This document shows, piece after piece, positions 12,090-24,830 of a stretch of DNA of 64,000 nucleotides. The notes under the pieces are model-generated. The model did not search any database, had not been told where the DNA came from, and saw nothing but the letters and a program-made list of their open reading frames with translations. The position numbers and the translations under genes are program-made. This DNA is from Hemiscyllium ocellatum (taxonomy: Eukaryota). The stretch covers positions 16,107,575 to 16,171,574 of the forward strand of contig NC_083425.1 in the NCBI RefSeq assembly GCF_020745735.1, in the 5' to 3' direction. How positions within the stretch are numbered: position 1 is the stretch's first letter; every line of letters starts with the position of its first letter.

Positions 12090-12495
12090 AAATTCATTCA
12101 CAGAATGTGGGCGCCATTGTCTAGGTCAGCATTTATTGCCTATCTCTATTGCCCAGCAGGCACATTAAGGGTCAACCACATTGCTGTGGGTCTGGTGTCA
12201 CCTGGATGGCAGATTTTCTTCCTTAAAGAACATTAGTGAACCAGATGGGGTTTTCCAATAGCTTACAATGAATTCATGGTCACCCGTAGACTCTTAATTC
12301 CAGATTTTTATTGAATTCAAATTCTACCATCTGCCATGTTGGGATTTGAATCCAGGTCTATGGATCATTACCTGCATCTCTGGATTAATAGTCTAGTGAT
12401 AGTATGTGTCAATGGATTTGGAGCTGGGAAAGCACAGCAGGCCATACAGCATCCAAGGTGCCATTAGATAATACCGTTTGGCCATTGCCTCCCCT
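12090..12495 (-). mobile_element. tRNA-derived Deu-type SINE (SacSINE1-like), with a small PLE stub at about 12420-12460
   Basis: Minus strand: B-box-like GATTCAAATCCC, core CATCTGGTTCACTAATGTTCTTTAAGGAAG, tail GGCAATAAATGCTGACC..CCCACATTCTGTGAATGAAT. Confidence 0.75.
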
Positions 12496-15400
12496 ATTCC
12501 TCCTCATGTCTCCTTAAGTGGTGACCCCTTCTCAAAAATTATGCCATTTGGTCCCAGAATCTCTTACAAAGGGAAACAACTTCTTGATATCTATTAGATA
12601 ACCAGTCAGATCTCATAAAAATCCCATAAGCCTCCTCTCATTCTTCTAAGTCCAATGAGTACAAGCTCAATCTACTCAACCTTTCCTCATAAAACCGAGT
12701 CCTCCATACCTGGAATCAACCAAATAAAGATGGTCTAGAATTTCTCCAAGGCCGTTATATTTTTCCTTAGACAAAGTGTACCAAAAGTGTTCACACTATA
12801 CCAGGTGTAGGCTGTCTAGTACCTTCTATAATTTTAGCAATACTTCCCTAATTTTATACTTCATTCCCCTTGAAATCAAGACCAACGCTCCATTTGCCTT
12901 CCTACTATCTGCTGAAATTTAATGCTAGTTTTTTGTGGCTCATATAGAAGACTTCTTAAATCCCTCTGTGCTACAGAATTCTGCAGTCTTTCTCTATTTA
13001 AATAATATATAGCTCTTCTATTTTTCCTGCCAAAGTTGAATAACTTCACATTTTTCCATATTGTATTCCAGCTGCCATGTTTTTTTCCTACTCATGTAAC
13101 CTCTCCGTATCCCTCTGTAGATGTTTTGTGCACAAATTTGCCAATTATACATTCACTTTCAGTATCCAAATCATTAATATATATTGTAAATAATTCTGGC
13201 CCTTGCCCAGATTCCTCTAGTCACTAATAATGAATACCATCTTGAAAATGTCCCCTTTATTTCAACTTTCTGTCCTCAACTAGTTGGTCAATCCTACATT
13301 CATGCTAATGTATTATACATAACATCATTGGCTCCTCTGTTTTTAGGTAATCTTATGTGCAGTACCTTATCAAATGCCTTTTGAACATCCAAATATATTC
13401 CATCTACTGAGCCATAGAGATATAGAGCATGGAATTAGCCCCTTCGGCTCAACTTGTCTATGACAACCAGACATCTTAAATAAATCTAGTCCCTTTCCTA
13501 CTCATATACCTATCCAGATGCCTTTTAAATGTTGCAATTGTACTAGCCTCCACCACGTCCATACATGCACCACCCTCTGCGTGAAAAAGTTGCCCCTTAG
13601 ATCCCTTTTAAATCTTTCCACCATCACCCTAAACCTGTGCTCTCTAGTTTTTGACTCCTCTACCCTGGGAAAAAGATCTTGGCTATTCACCCTATCCATG
13701 CTCCACATGATTTTATAAACTTCTCTAAGGTCATCTTAGTCTGTAAGGACTCTGATGCTCTAGGGAAACAGCCCCAGCCTATTCAGCCTCTCTCTGTAGC
13801 TCAAATGTGCCAATCCTGGCAACATCTTTGTCAATCTTTTCTCAATCTTTTCAGGTTTCACAATGTCCTTCCTATAATAGGGAGACCAGAACTGCAAACA
13901 AAATCCAAAAGTGGCCTAATCAATGTCATGTACAGCCGCAACATGACCTCCCAACTCCTATACTCAATGCACTGACCAATAAAGGCAAGCATACCAAATG
14001 CTGTCAACTTGGGATTCCACGTTTAAGGAGCAATGAGCCTGCAGTCCAAGGTCCCTTTATTCAGCAACACTCCCTAGACCTTACTATTAAGTTAGTAAGT
14101 CCTGTCCTGATTTGCCTTTCCAAAATGCAACACCTCATATTTACCTAAATTAAACTCCATCTGCCACTCCTCAGCCCACTGGCCAATCTGATCAAGATTC
14201 TGTTGTACTTTGAGCTAACCCTCTTCGCTGTCCACCACATCTCCAATTTTGGAGTCACCTGCAAACTTACTAACCATGCTTCCCATGTTTACATCCAAAT
14301 AATTTATAAAAAGAAGCAGTGGACCCAACATCAATCATTGCAAACCGTTGGTTACAGTTCTCCAGTCTGAAAACCAACCCTGAACCACGACCTTCTGTCT
14401 TCCATCTTTGAGCTAGTTCTGTATCCAAATAGCTAGTTCTCCCCCTATTCCGTGTGATCTCACCATGCTAACCAGTCCACCATGAGGAAACTTTATTTGT
14501 TCCCCTTTATCTATCCTGCTAATTACCTCCTCAAAGAACTGTAATAGTTTGTCGGACATGATCTCTCCTGCATGAAGGGGAACTTCAGAACAACTTTGCT
14601 TATTCATTTTACCTAGTTCTAAATGCTCTATTACCACATTCTTTATGATAGACTAACATTTTTCCATTGACAGATGTTAAGCTAATTGTCACATAGCAAT
14701 CTGTTTTTTGTTTCCTCCCTTTTTGAATAAAGGCGTTGCATTGGCAGTTTTCCGATCCGCTGGGACTTTTCCAGAATCTAAGGATTCTTGGAAAATTGTT
14801 ACCAGTACACCTATCTCCATAGGCTTTTTTTAAAATCCTAGGATGCAACTCACCAAGTCCAGGGAACTTATCAGCCTTTAATCCTATCATATTCCTCATT
14901 ATTTTTCTCTCGTGCTAATTATTATATTTATTTCTTCTCCTCTTTATTATTTCACATTTTGGAAATCTGTTAGTATCTTCTACCAGAAAGACCAATGCAA
15001 AGTTTTTATTCAACTCCTGTACTAATTCCTGGTTCCCATTATGATATCCCTGGCCTCATTCACTAAGAAGCCTGTGTTTAATTTGGCTACTCTTTTCCTT
15101 TTTATATATTTAAATAAGCTCTTACTAACTATTTTCATATTACTCACTTGTTTGCACTTGTGGTTTATTTTCTCCTTCCCCATGAACATTTTGGCAATTT
15201 TATATTAGTTTTTAAAACTCTCTCAATTCTTTGGTTCACCACTAATCTTTCCATGTTGTTTGTTTTCTCTTTCAATTTGATACCAGCCTTAACCTCCTGG
15301 GTTAATTTATTTCCTTCCGAGGAACCTTCTTCCACACTGAGTTATGACTGTCTGCCATTGTTCCTCAATATTATTTGCTGCTGAATGACTTTCTTAGTCC

Positions 15401-15520
15401 ACTCCAGGTAATTCTGCCTTCATCCCCATCTAATCCCTTTTGTTTAAGTTTAGCACAGTTATTCCTGACCCAAGTTTCTGATTCTCAAACTGAATGCTAA
15501 ATTCTAACACCTTTATAACT
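12495..15520 (-). mobile_element. Old decayed CR1 ORF2, split by a younger CR1 at 13411-14490
   Basis: GLKADKFPGLGELHPRILK; YVTISLTSVNGKML; LLQFFEEVISRIDKGE. Confidence 0.8.
13411..14490 (-). mobile_element. Younger 5'-truncated CR1 nested in the old CR1
   Basis: FPHGGLVSMVRSHGIGGELAIWIQN; FKRDLRGNFFTQRVV; tail at 13411-13430. Confidence 0.9.
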
Positions 15521-16074
15521 ACAATGTATATGACTTTGGCAGCATGTAAAGATCATTGACCAGTTTTCTGTTCCACGTGTTCAGACCACTATCTGTAGGT
15601 TCGTCATGAGTAGAAAGCATCTGATATGTGTTTTATTACGACTATTTACTAAAAGCAAACTTGCATTTTGCAGCTTTATCTGAAAGCAAAATATTTCAAG
15701 GAGGCCAGTTAGATGGTGCAATTTTTGAAAAGATTATTTGGGATGCTTGGAACACAAAGTCCATGCTTTTTGGGCAGATAGACTTGAGAATCTATGACTG
15801 GTTGTAATGGAGTGTAGTTCATTTTATTCAGAATATCGGAGTTAAAAATTTATTTGGGCTTTAAAAGTAATGTTGAAAATGATATTTTTAAATCTGCCAT
15901 GGGAATATCTACTGAGTGGAGCTGACAGTATAGTAAGATTACAGACCAATTTACAGAGTAGTATCATTGAAGGAGAAATGGCAGTATAATCGATGACAGG
16001 ACAATCATAGAGCAGTTTTAATGAGAGGGCAATATTACTACAACAGATGATGTAGTGCTGTCATTTAAAAGAAA

Positions 16075-16375
16075 GGGTGGAACAGTGGCTCAGTGCTGCC
16101 TCACAACACCAGGGGTCGAGGTTCGATTCCAGCCTTGGGTGACTGTCTGTGTGGAGTGTGCACGTTCTTTCTGTGTCTGTGTGGGTTACCGTCAGGTGCT
16201 CCAGTTTCAGTCCACAGTCCAAGGATGTGCAGATTAGATGGAAGGACCATGCTAAATTGCTCATTTTGTCTCGGCATGTGTTGGCTAGTGTGAGGGACTG
16301 GATGGGATGCTCTCGGGATCGTTGGTGCAGAATCGATGGGCTAAATGGTCTCTTTCTGCACTGTTTGGATTCGAC
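16075..16375 (+). mobile_element. HE1-type tRNA-derived (V-domain) SINE
   Basis: A box GTGGCTCAGTG, B box GGTTCGATTCC, core GACTGTCTGTGTGGAG..CCACAGTCCAAGGATGTGCAG, CR1-like tail. Confidence 0.85.
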
Positions 16376-16706
16376 AGTCTGCTGATAGATTGTAACCATC
16401 AAACATTCATTTCTCAGTTAAGCACAAATTTCTGTAAACATGCATGATGTATTGCCTCCTTCACTCTTACCACTCAACTACTGAGGATTTCTGCCCTGTG
16501 ATGATCTCCTCCTCTTGTCCAATGCCCGACCAAGTAGCATACTTGTATAAACAGAGCATATATCATATTGTAGAACACTGTTATATTTGCATGTTTCTTA
16601 ACACAGGATTACCATTCACAGTCTGGATTGGTAAATTGTCTAGGTTTGATTTACTTGAAAATCTCAGACAGATTTACTTTGCATAAAGACTGATTGCTTA
16701 CAGTTA

Positions 16707-16873
16707 CAGTCTGTTCTGCTATAACCCGATAGTTCTGTTCCCATGTGATCCTACGTTATAAGAAAATTGCATTACAGCAGCACCATTTAAACCAATGGGA
16801 CTGGAATCACGTTATAGCCATTACAGGTAAGCATTCTACAAACAATAGTCTAAATTCTTCAGTCACGTTATAC
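16707..16873 (+). mobile_element. Tc1/mariner (Tigger-like) MITE left end
   Basis: TA followed by CAGTCTGTTCTGCTATAAC; recurring CGTTATA motifs; right TIR not seen. Confidence 0.55.
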
Positions 16874-18949
16874 AGAGCAATGATGTACATATCAGTTTAT
16901 AAAGCTGAGTAACATGTGCACTCCTACATGTCATAGAGTATAGAGCATGGAAACAGACCCTTCGGTCCAACCTGTCTATGCTGACCAGATGTCCCAACCC
17001 AAACTAGTCCCACCCACCAGCACCTGGCCCATATCCCTCCAAACCCTTCCTATTCATATACCCATCCAAATGCCTCTTAAATGTTGCAATTGTACCAGCC
17101 TCCACCACATCCTCTGGTGCCTCATTCCATACATGTACCACACTGCGTGAAAAAGTTGGCCCTTAGGTCTCTTTTATATCTTTCCCCTCTCACCCTAAAG
17201 TTTTGTCCTCTAGTTCTGGACTCCCCGATCCCAGGGAAAAACTTTGTCTATTTACCCTATCCATGCCCCGCATAATTTTGTAAAGCTCTATAAAGTTATC
17301 CCTCAGCCTCCGATGCTCCAGGGAAAACAGCCCCAGCCTGTTCAGCCTCTCCCTGTACCTCAGATCCTCCAACCCTGGCAACATCCTTCTAAATTTTTTC
17401 TGAACCCTTTCAAGTTTCACAACATCTTTCCGATAGGAAGGAGACCAGAATTGCACACAATATTCCAACAGTGGCCTAACCAGTGTCCTGTACAGCCGCA
17501 ACATGACCTCCCAACTCCTGTACTCAATACTCTGACCAATAAAGGAAAGCTACCAAACGCCTTCTTCACTATCCTATCTACCTGCGACTCCACTTTCAAG
17601 GAGCTATGAACCTGCACTCCAAGGTCTCTTTGTTCAGCAACACTCCCTTGGACCTTACCATTAAGTGTATAAGTCCTGCTAAGATTTGCTCTCCCAAAAT
17701 GCAGCACTTCACATTTATCTGAATTAACCTCCATCTGCCACTTCTCAGCCCATTGGCCCATCTGGACCAGATCCTGTTGTAATCTGAGGTAACCCTCTTT
17801 GCTGTCCACTACACCTCCAATTTTGGTGTCATCTGCAAACTTACTAACTGTACCTCTTATGCTCGCATCCAAATCACTTATGTAAATGACAAAAAGTTGT
17901 CATTGTGGCACTCCACTGGTCACAGGCCTCCAGTCTGAAAAACAACCCTCCATCACCACCCTCTGTCTTCTACCTTTGAGCCAGTTCTGCATCCAAATGG
18001 CTAGTTCTCCCTGTATTCCATGAGATCTAACCTTGCTAATCAGTCTTCCATGGGGAACCTTGTCGAATGCCTTACTGAAATCCATATAGATCACATCTAT
18101 TGCTCTGCCCTCATCAATCTTTTTTGTTACTTCTTCAAAAAACTCAATCAAGTTTGTGAGACATGATTTCCCACGCACAAAGCCATGTTGACTATCCCTA
18201 ATCAGTTCTTGCCTTTCCAAATACATATACATCCTGTTCCTCAGGATTTCCTCCAACAACTTGCCCACCAACGAGGTCAGGCTCACCGGTCTATAGTTCC
18301 CTGGCTTGTCTTTACCATTCTTCTTAAATAGTGGCACCACGTTTGCCAACCTCCAACCTTCTGGCACCTTACCTGTGACCATCTCAGCAAGAGGCCCAGC
18401 AATCACTTCTCCAGCTTCCCACGGGGTTCTTGGGTACACCTGTTTGGTCCTGGGGATTTACCCACCTTTAACCGTTTCAAGACATCCAGCACTTCCTCCT
18501 TTGTAATCTGGACATTTTACAAGATGTCACCATCTATTTCCCTGCAGTCTATATCTTCCATATCCTTTTCCACAGTAAATACTGATGCAAAATATTCATT
18601 TAGTATCTCCCCCATTTTCTGTGGCTCCATACAAAGGCCGCCTTGCTGATCTTTGAGGGGCCCTATTCTCTCCCTAGTTACCCTTTTGACCTTAATATAT
18701 TTGTAAAAACATTTTGGATTCTCCTTAATTCTATTTGCCAAAGCTATCTCATGTCCCGTTTTGCCCTCCTGATTTCCGTCTTAAGTATACTCCTACTTCC
18801 TTTATACTCGTCTAAGGATTCACATGGTCTATCCTGTCTATACCTGACATTTGCTTCCTTCTTTTTCTTAACCACACCCTCAATTTCTTTAGATATCCAG
18901 CATTCCCTTTCACCCTGACAGGAATATACATTCTCTGGATTCTTGTTAT

Positions 18950-19270
18950 TAGATTAGATTACTCACAGTGTGGAAATAGGCCTTTCGGCCCAACAAGTCC
19001 ACACCGACCCGCCAAAGCGCAACCCACCCACACCCATTCCCCTACATTTTACCCTTTCACCTAACACTACGGGCAATTTAGCATGGCCAATTCACCTAAC
19101 CTGTACATTTTTGGACTGTGGGAGGAAACCGGAGCAACCGGAGGAAACCCACGCAGACACGGTGAGAATGTGCCAACTCCATACAGTCAGTCGCTTGAGG
19201 CGGGAATTGAACCCAAGTCTCTGGCGCTGTGAGGCAGCAGTGCTAACTGCTGTGCCACCGTTCCGCCCAC
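18950..19270 (-). mobile_element. HE1-type SINE nested in CR1 ORF2
   Basis: tRNA head, V core and (AATCT)n tail; TSD TTCTTGTTAT (18940-18949) / TTCTCATTAT (19275-19284), both consistent with CpG decay of TTCTCGTTAT. Confidence 0.92.
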
Positions 19271-19365
19271 TCATTTCTCATTATCTCATTTCTGAAGGCT
19301 TCCCATTTTCCAGCTGTCCCTTTACTTCGGAACATCTGCCTCCAATCAGCTTTCGAAAGTTCTTG

Positions 19366-19477
19366 GATTAGAATGCCTCCTCCTCCTGCTCCTCGGATGC
19401 TGCCTGAACTGCTGTGGTTTTCCAGCACCACTCTAATCCAGAATCTGGTTTTCAGCATCTGCAGTCATTGTTTTTAC
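19366..19477 (+). mobile_element. PLE family A terminal stub nested in CR1
   Basis: 16-bp TSD CTTTCG(A/G)AAGTTCTTG at 19350-19365 and 19478-19493; ends GTCATTGTTTTTAC. Confidence 0.9.
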
Positions 19478-20321
19478 CTTTCGGAAGTTCTTGCCTAATC
19501 CCGTCAAAATTGGCCTATCTCCAATTTAGAACTTCAACTTTTCGATCTGGTCTATCCTTTTCCATCACTATTTTAAAACAAATAGAATTATGGTCGCCGG
19601 CCCCAAAGTGCTCCCCCACTGACACCTCAGTCACCTGCCCTGCCTTATTTCCTAAGAGTAGGTCAAGTTTTGCACCTTGTCTAGTAGGTATATCCACATA
19701 ATGAATCAAAAAATTGTCTTGTACACACTTAAGAAATTCCTCTCCATCTAAACCTTTAACACTATGGAGTCCCACTCGATGTTTAAAAAGTTAAAATCCC
19801 CTACCCTATTTTTCTTACAGATAGCTGAGATCTCCTTACAAGTTTGTTTCTCAATTTCCCTCTCACTATTGGGGGGGGGTCTATAATACAATCCCAATAA
19901 GGTGATCATCCCTTTCTTATTTCTCGTTCCACCCAAATAATTTCCCTGGATGTATTTCTGGGAATATCCTGCCTCAGCACAGCTCTAATGCTATCCCTTA
20001 TCAAAAATGCCACTCCTCCTCCTCTCTTGCCTCCCTTTCTGTCTTTCATGGAGCATTTGTATCCTGGAACATTAAGCTGTCAGTCCTACCCATTCCTGAG
20101 TAATTGCTATGATATCCTGGTCCCATGTTCCTAACCATGCCCTGAGTTCATCTGCCTTCCCTGTTAAGCCCCTTGCATTGAAATAAATGCAGTTTAATTT
20201 ATTAGTCCTACCTTGGTCCTGCCTGCCCTGACTGTTTGACTCACATTTTTTCTCAGCTGTACCCGTCTCCGATCGATCTCTTTCCTCACTATCTCCCTGG
20301 GACCTACCCCCCCCACCCTCA

Positions 20322-21255
20322 CTAGTTTAAATCCTCCCAAGCAGTTCTAGCAAATTTCCCTGCCAATACATTAGTCCCCTTCCAATTTAGGTGCAATCCA
20401 TCCTTCTTGTACAGGTCACTTCTACACCAAATGAGATTCCAATAGTCCAAAAATGTGAATCCTTCTCCCATACACCAGCTCCTCAGCCATGCATTCATTT
20501 GCTCTATCCTCCTATCCCTGCCCTCACTAGTTAATAGTACTGGGAGTAATCCAGATATTACTACCCTTGAGGACCTGCTTTTTAAATTTCTGCCTAACTC
20601 TCTGTAATCTCCCTTCAGAATCTCAACCTTTTCCCTTCCTATGTCATTGGTTCCAATGTGGACAATGACCTCCTGCTGGTCCCTCTCCCCCGTGAGAACA
20701 TTCTGCACCCTCTCTGAGGCATCCTTGATCCTGGCACCAGGGAAACAACACACCATTCTGCTTTTTCACTGCGGGCCACAGAAACGTCTGTCTGTAGCTC
20801 GGACTACAGAATCCCCTAACACAATTGATCGCTTGGAAGCCAAAGTACCCCTTGTTGCATTAGAGCCAGTCTCAATACCAGAAACTTGGCTGTTCGTGCT
20901 ATGTTCCCCTGAGAATCCATCACCCCCTACGTTTGCCAAAACAGCATACCTGTTTGAAATGGGTATATCCACGAAAGACTCCTGCCCTAGCTGCCTACCT
21001 CTCTTAGCCTTCCTGGAGTTAACCCATCTATGTGACTGTACCTGAGACATCCCCCCCCTTCCTATAACTGCCATCCATCACATACTGTTGCTGTTGCAAA
21101 TTCCTCATTGCTTCTATCTGTCTCTCCAATCAATCCATTCGATTTGATAAGATTCGCATCCAACAGCATTTATGGCAGATATAATCTGCAGTAACCCTGA
21201 AACTCTCTTTAAACTCCCACATCTGATAAGAAGTACATATCACTGCAGAGGCCAT
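20322..21255 (-). pseudogene. CR1 ORF1 (zinc finger/coiled coil + SGNH esterase), disrupted
   Basis: MASAVICTSYQMWE..ICHKC; IVLGDSVVR; CCFPGARIKD; VHIGTND; DGLHLN. Confidence 0.93.
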
Positions 21256-21599
21256 TTTTGCTCCTTCACAATCTACAGACCCAGAAAATAGCACCATCTT
21301 ATTCCTCTACAAACACTGCCCCAGGTTATATTAATAGCTATGGCTTATATTTTAAGTTTAGTTAATAGACATATCTCCAAAAACATATAATCAAGGAAGA
21401 ACCATCTGTACTCACTAATACAGCCTTTCTTTTGGACAGACTTAAAACAACAATTGACTTATCTGATTCTGTGCTGTGAACTTTGCCCAGCAGTTCTTCC
21501 AAGATTAGTTGTGAATTGCACTGTTTGATAATTTTCCCACATGCACTCTGGTGTCCAGCGATACACGAATTCAAACAGCAAAGGTGGTAACTGTGCAGG

Positions 21600-21602
<3 letters not shown>

Positions 21603-21630
<28 letters not shown>
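21603..21630. repeat. (TC)14 microsatellite in the CR1 5'UTR
   Basis: Read directly; a shorter GA tract lies at the homologous site 34760-34770. Confidence 0.95.
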
Positions 21631-21632
<2 letters not shown>

Positions 21633-21682
21633 GAAAGGGCCTGACAGCTAAATTTCTGTCTGGAGCTACCTGAATGCAAGTG

Positions 21683-21860
21683 GATATAGTCCAATAGGTT
21701 GATTTGGAAGCACTACTTTAGCTTAATATCCACAATGACCTGATGAAGGAGCAGCACTCCAAAAGCTTGTACTTCCAAACAAAACTTTTTTAACTATAAC
21801 CTGGTGTTGTGTGATTTTTAACTTTGTCCATCCCAGTCCAAGACTGGCTCCTCCAAATCA
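21683..21860 (+). mobile_element. PLE family B terminal stub with inverted 5' piece and hammerhead (G12>A)
   Basis: 12-bp TSD TGAATGCAAGTG at 21671-21682 and 21861-21872; CTGATGA(21740)-A-GGAG-CAGCA-CTCC-AAAA-GCTT-GTA. Confidence 0.88.
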
Positions 21861-22249
21861 TGAATGCAAGTGATGGTACTTTAAGGCTGGCCCAGTCTCT
21901 GTTGATTTAAACTATTCAATGCTCCCAATATGTGGTTCAGTGAAAGGGGCCTGAAATGGATAGAAGACCCTAAAACAGTAAACCTTTTATTATCTGATAA
22001 CCATGGGACCAGGAGTGTGCTGAATGATCAAATATTCCAAATAATCAAGAGTACTCATAATCAATGTCAATACACACTAAGTAATAAAAACGTAATGCAG
22101 GGAGTATACAGATCAATGTTATATCTTAGTTACAGCATGAATCATTTGAATATAATGCCATTTTGTGATGAATACAAGTTACAGCAGAGACCATTCTCAT
22201 TCACACCTTCAACTGACTACTTAGACATTGCTGTAGATCACAACAGTTG

Positions 22250-23992
22250 AGGAGAAATTGACTCAAAATTCAATCACCTGTTGTTATTGTGGCCATCACA
22301 GATACCAGTCTTCAGTCAATTTGTTCACTCCACGTGCTATCAAGAAATGTTTGGATGTACTGGAAACGCAAAGGCTATGGTCCCTGACAACATTCTGGCA
22401 ATAGTACTGAAGACTTGTACTCCTGAACTTGCTCCCCATCCCCGCAAAGCTGTTCCAGTACAGTTACAACACCAGCATCTACTGACAATATAGAAAACTG
22501 CCCAGGTATATCCCATATAAAACACGCAAAACAAATCCAACCAGGCCAATTACCACTATATCAGTCTACTTTCAGTCATCAGTAAAGTGATGGAAGGTGT
22601 CATCAATAATGCTATCAAGCAGCACCTGCTCAGTAATAACCAGCTCAGTGATGCTCAGTTTGATTCCACCAGGACCATGCAGCTCCTGACTTCATTACAG
22701 CCTTTGTTCAAACATGGGCAAAAGAGCTGTATTCCAGAGGGGAGGGGGAGTGACAGCTCTTGACATCAAGGCCACATTCAACTGGGTGTGGCATCAAGGA
22801 GCCCTAGCAAACTTGGAATCAACGGTTATATCAAGGGGGCTACTTTCCAGTGGAGAATGTGGCTTATGTTTGAAACGTCGAATCTTCTGCTCTTCGGTTG
22901 CTACCTGACCTGCTTGGCTAACACTCCAGTGGCTGGAGTCATAATTGACGCATCTGAAGATGGTTGTGGTTGATGGAGGTCAATCATCACAGCTCCAGGA
23001 TATCTCTGCAGAAGCTCCTCAGGATAATGTTATCGGCCCAACCATCTTCAGCTGCTTCATCAATTATCTTCCCTCAGAAGTGCGGATATTTGGCAATGAT
23101 TGCACAATGTTCTGTATCTTTCATGACTCCTCAGATACTGACGCAGTCCATGTTCAAATGCAACAAGATCTGGATAATATCTAGACTTGGGCTGATAAGC
23201 GACAAATAACATTTGTGCTACACAAATGCCAGACTATGACCATCACCCCAAAAGGGGCAATCTAACCACCACTCCTTGAAATTCAGCAGTGTTACCAGCA
23301 TTGAATCCTCCACTATCACCATCCTAGGCATTACCATTGATCAGAAACTCAACTGGACTTACTACATAAATGCTATGGCTGCATGAGCAGGTCAGAAGCT
23401 TGGAATACCGTGGTGAGTAACTCACCCCCGATTCCCCAAAGCCTGTCCACCACCTGCAAGTCACAAGTCAAGGGAGTGTGATTCAATACTCCCCGATTGT
23501 CTGGATAAGTCCATCTCCAACAACAGTCAAGAAGTTTGACACCATCCAGAACAAAGCAGCCCATTTGATTGGCACCACATCCTCATGCATCCACTCTCGC
23601 TATCACTGACGGTCAGTAGCAACAGTGGGTACTATCCTCAAGATGCACAGCAGGAATTCTCCTAAGATCCTGAGACAGCACCTTCCAAACCTGCAACCAC
23701 TTCCACATAGAAAGGACAAGGGCAGCAGATACATGGGAATACTACCACGCGTAAGTTCCCTCCAAGCCACTCACCATCTTGACTTGGAAATATATCACAT
23801 TCCTTCAGTGCCACTGGGTCAAAATCCTGGAATTTCCCTCCCCAAGGGCATTGTGGGTCAACTTGCAGCAGGTGGACTGAAGCAGTTCTAGAAGGCAGCT
23901 CACCCCCCCACCTTCTCAAGGGCAACAAAGGACGGGCAATAAATGCTGGCCCAGCCAGCATTGACAGCTCCCCCATAAATGAATAAAAAAAG
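22250..23992 (+). mobile_element. Second CR1-group LINE family, RT + 3' UTR, decayed
   Basis: NPANY..ISLLSVISKVMEGVIN; VTALDIKATFNWVWHQGAL; PQDNVIGPTIFSCFIN; QMQQDLDNI; A-rich tail. Confidence 0.88.
22854..22920 (+). mobile_element. PLE family A stub (3' half of the hammerhead)
   Basis: GGCTTATGTTTGAAACGTCGAATC..ACCTGACCTGCT; approximate 12-bp TSD at 22842-22853 / 22921-22932. Confidence 0.7.
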
Positions 23993-24724
23993 CTGGACAT
24001 CATGTATATTTACAGTGAGGTAAATAAATTAAAAAGCTACAGTAAGTGGACAGAATAATACAGTAAATCCCATGTTACTTGAGGTATAGAAGTTTAGTTG
24101 GTTTATCAAGAGGGCTGGATGATAAGTTGCTGGTTAACACAAAGATTGCTGCATCTTGGATGACTGAAGATTGTTTGATAGTGATTGGTCCACATCTGGG
24201 GAATGGTTTGGTTATTGGTGCGTAATCTGAAATTCGCAAGGCAATGACAATTTTATTCCCCAAAACTGGGCAAACGTATGTCTTCCAATCTTCCTGCAGG
24301 TTGCCTAAGGGTACAAATTTGTTTCAGGGAAATTAAGTTTGTGCTTGGCTGTGTGGAAGGCAGTAACTTGTCTTTATGCTGCAATGTCAATAATAGAACA
24401 TCACCTTGAAGGTTTAGAAAGCAAGTTGAACCCTCCTTTCTCTTACTGTCTTATGACACGCTCTCAATTTTCATCCAAAAATCTAAATGAGTTAGTTCTT
24501 TGCTCTTCCACTTAAGAACAGTCACATGCTTTATTATACTTCTTTCATCAGTACATTATAAACGGTTGGCTTTGAACATTCTAATAGTTTGTGAACCTTA
24601 TGTAGGAAGACTTGATTTAGTTCCTCATGTTATCACAGCATGATATGAGGGCTACTAGTTACAAAGCAGCAGAAGGCATTATTGAACCGTAGTAATTCTC
24701 CAGTAAAATACAGATCTGTGTTCA

Positions 24725-24830
24725 TGATTTTTGAGAAGATTTGTAGTTCAGGTTGATGATAAGCCTATAAGTTAGCTCGCTGAGTTGGAAGGTCTGAAAA
24801 CAAACCTTCCAGCTCAGTGAGTTAACTTAC
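24725..24830. mobile_element. PLE family C terminal stub forming a hairpin
   Basis: 17-bp TSD ATAC(A/G)GATCTGTGTTCA at 24708-24724 and 24831-24847; arms TAAGTTAGCTCGCTGAGTTGGAAGGT / ACCTTCCAGCTCAGTGAGTTAACTTA; homologous to 54940-55000. Confidence 0.8.

Larger units (their letters stand above)
17030..20220 (-). pseudogene. CR1 ORF2 (APE endonuclease + reverse transcriptase), disrupted
   Basis: LNCIYFNARGL; GLYYRPP; GDFNF; LDLLLGN..GDHN; NYRPVSLTS; QHGF; YMDFSKAFDKVPH; FADDTK. Confidence 0.95.
16930..21630 (-). mobile_element. Near full-length CR1 LINE (5'UTR, ORF1, ORF2, 3' tail), inactivated
   Basis: Continuous esterase ORF1 and EN-RT ORF2 with stops and frameshifts; 5' end at the (GA)14 tract. 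Confidence 0.97.

Noticed and set aside
16075-16135. tRNA gene (also at 19200-19265 and 34045-34100)
   Set aside because: The A/B boxes belong to SINE heads; there is no full cloverleaf and SINE body follows.
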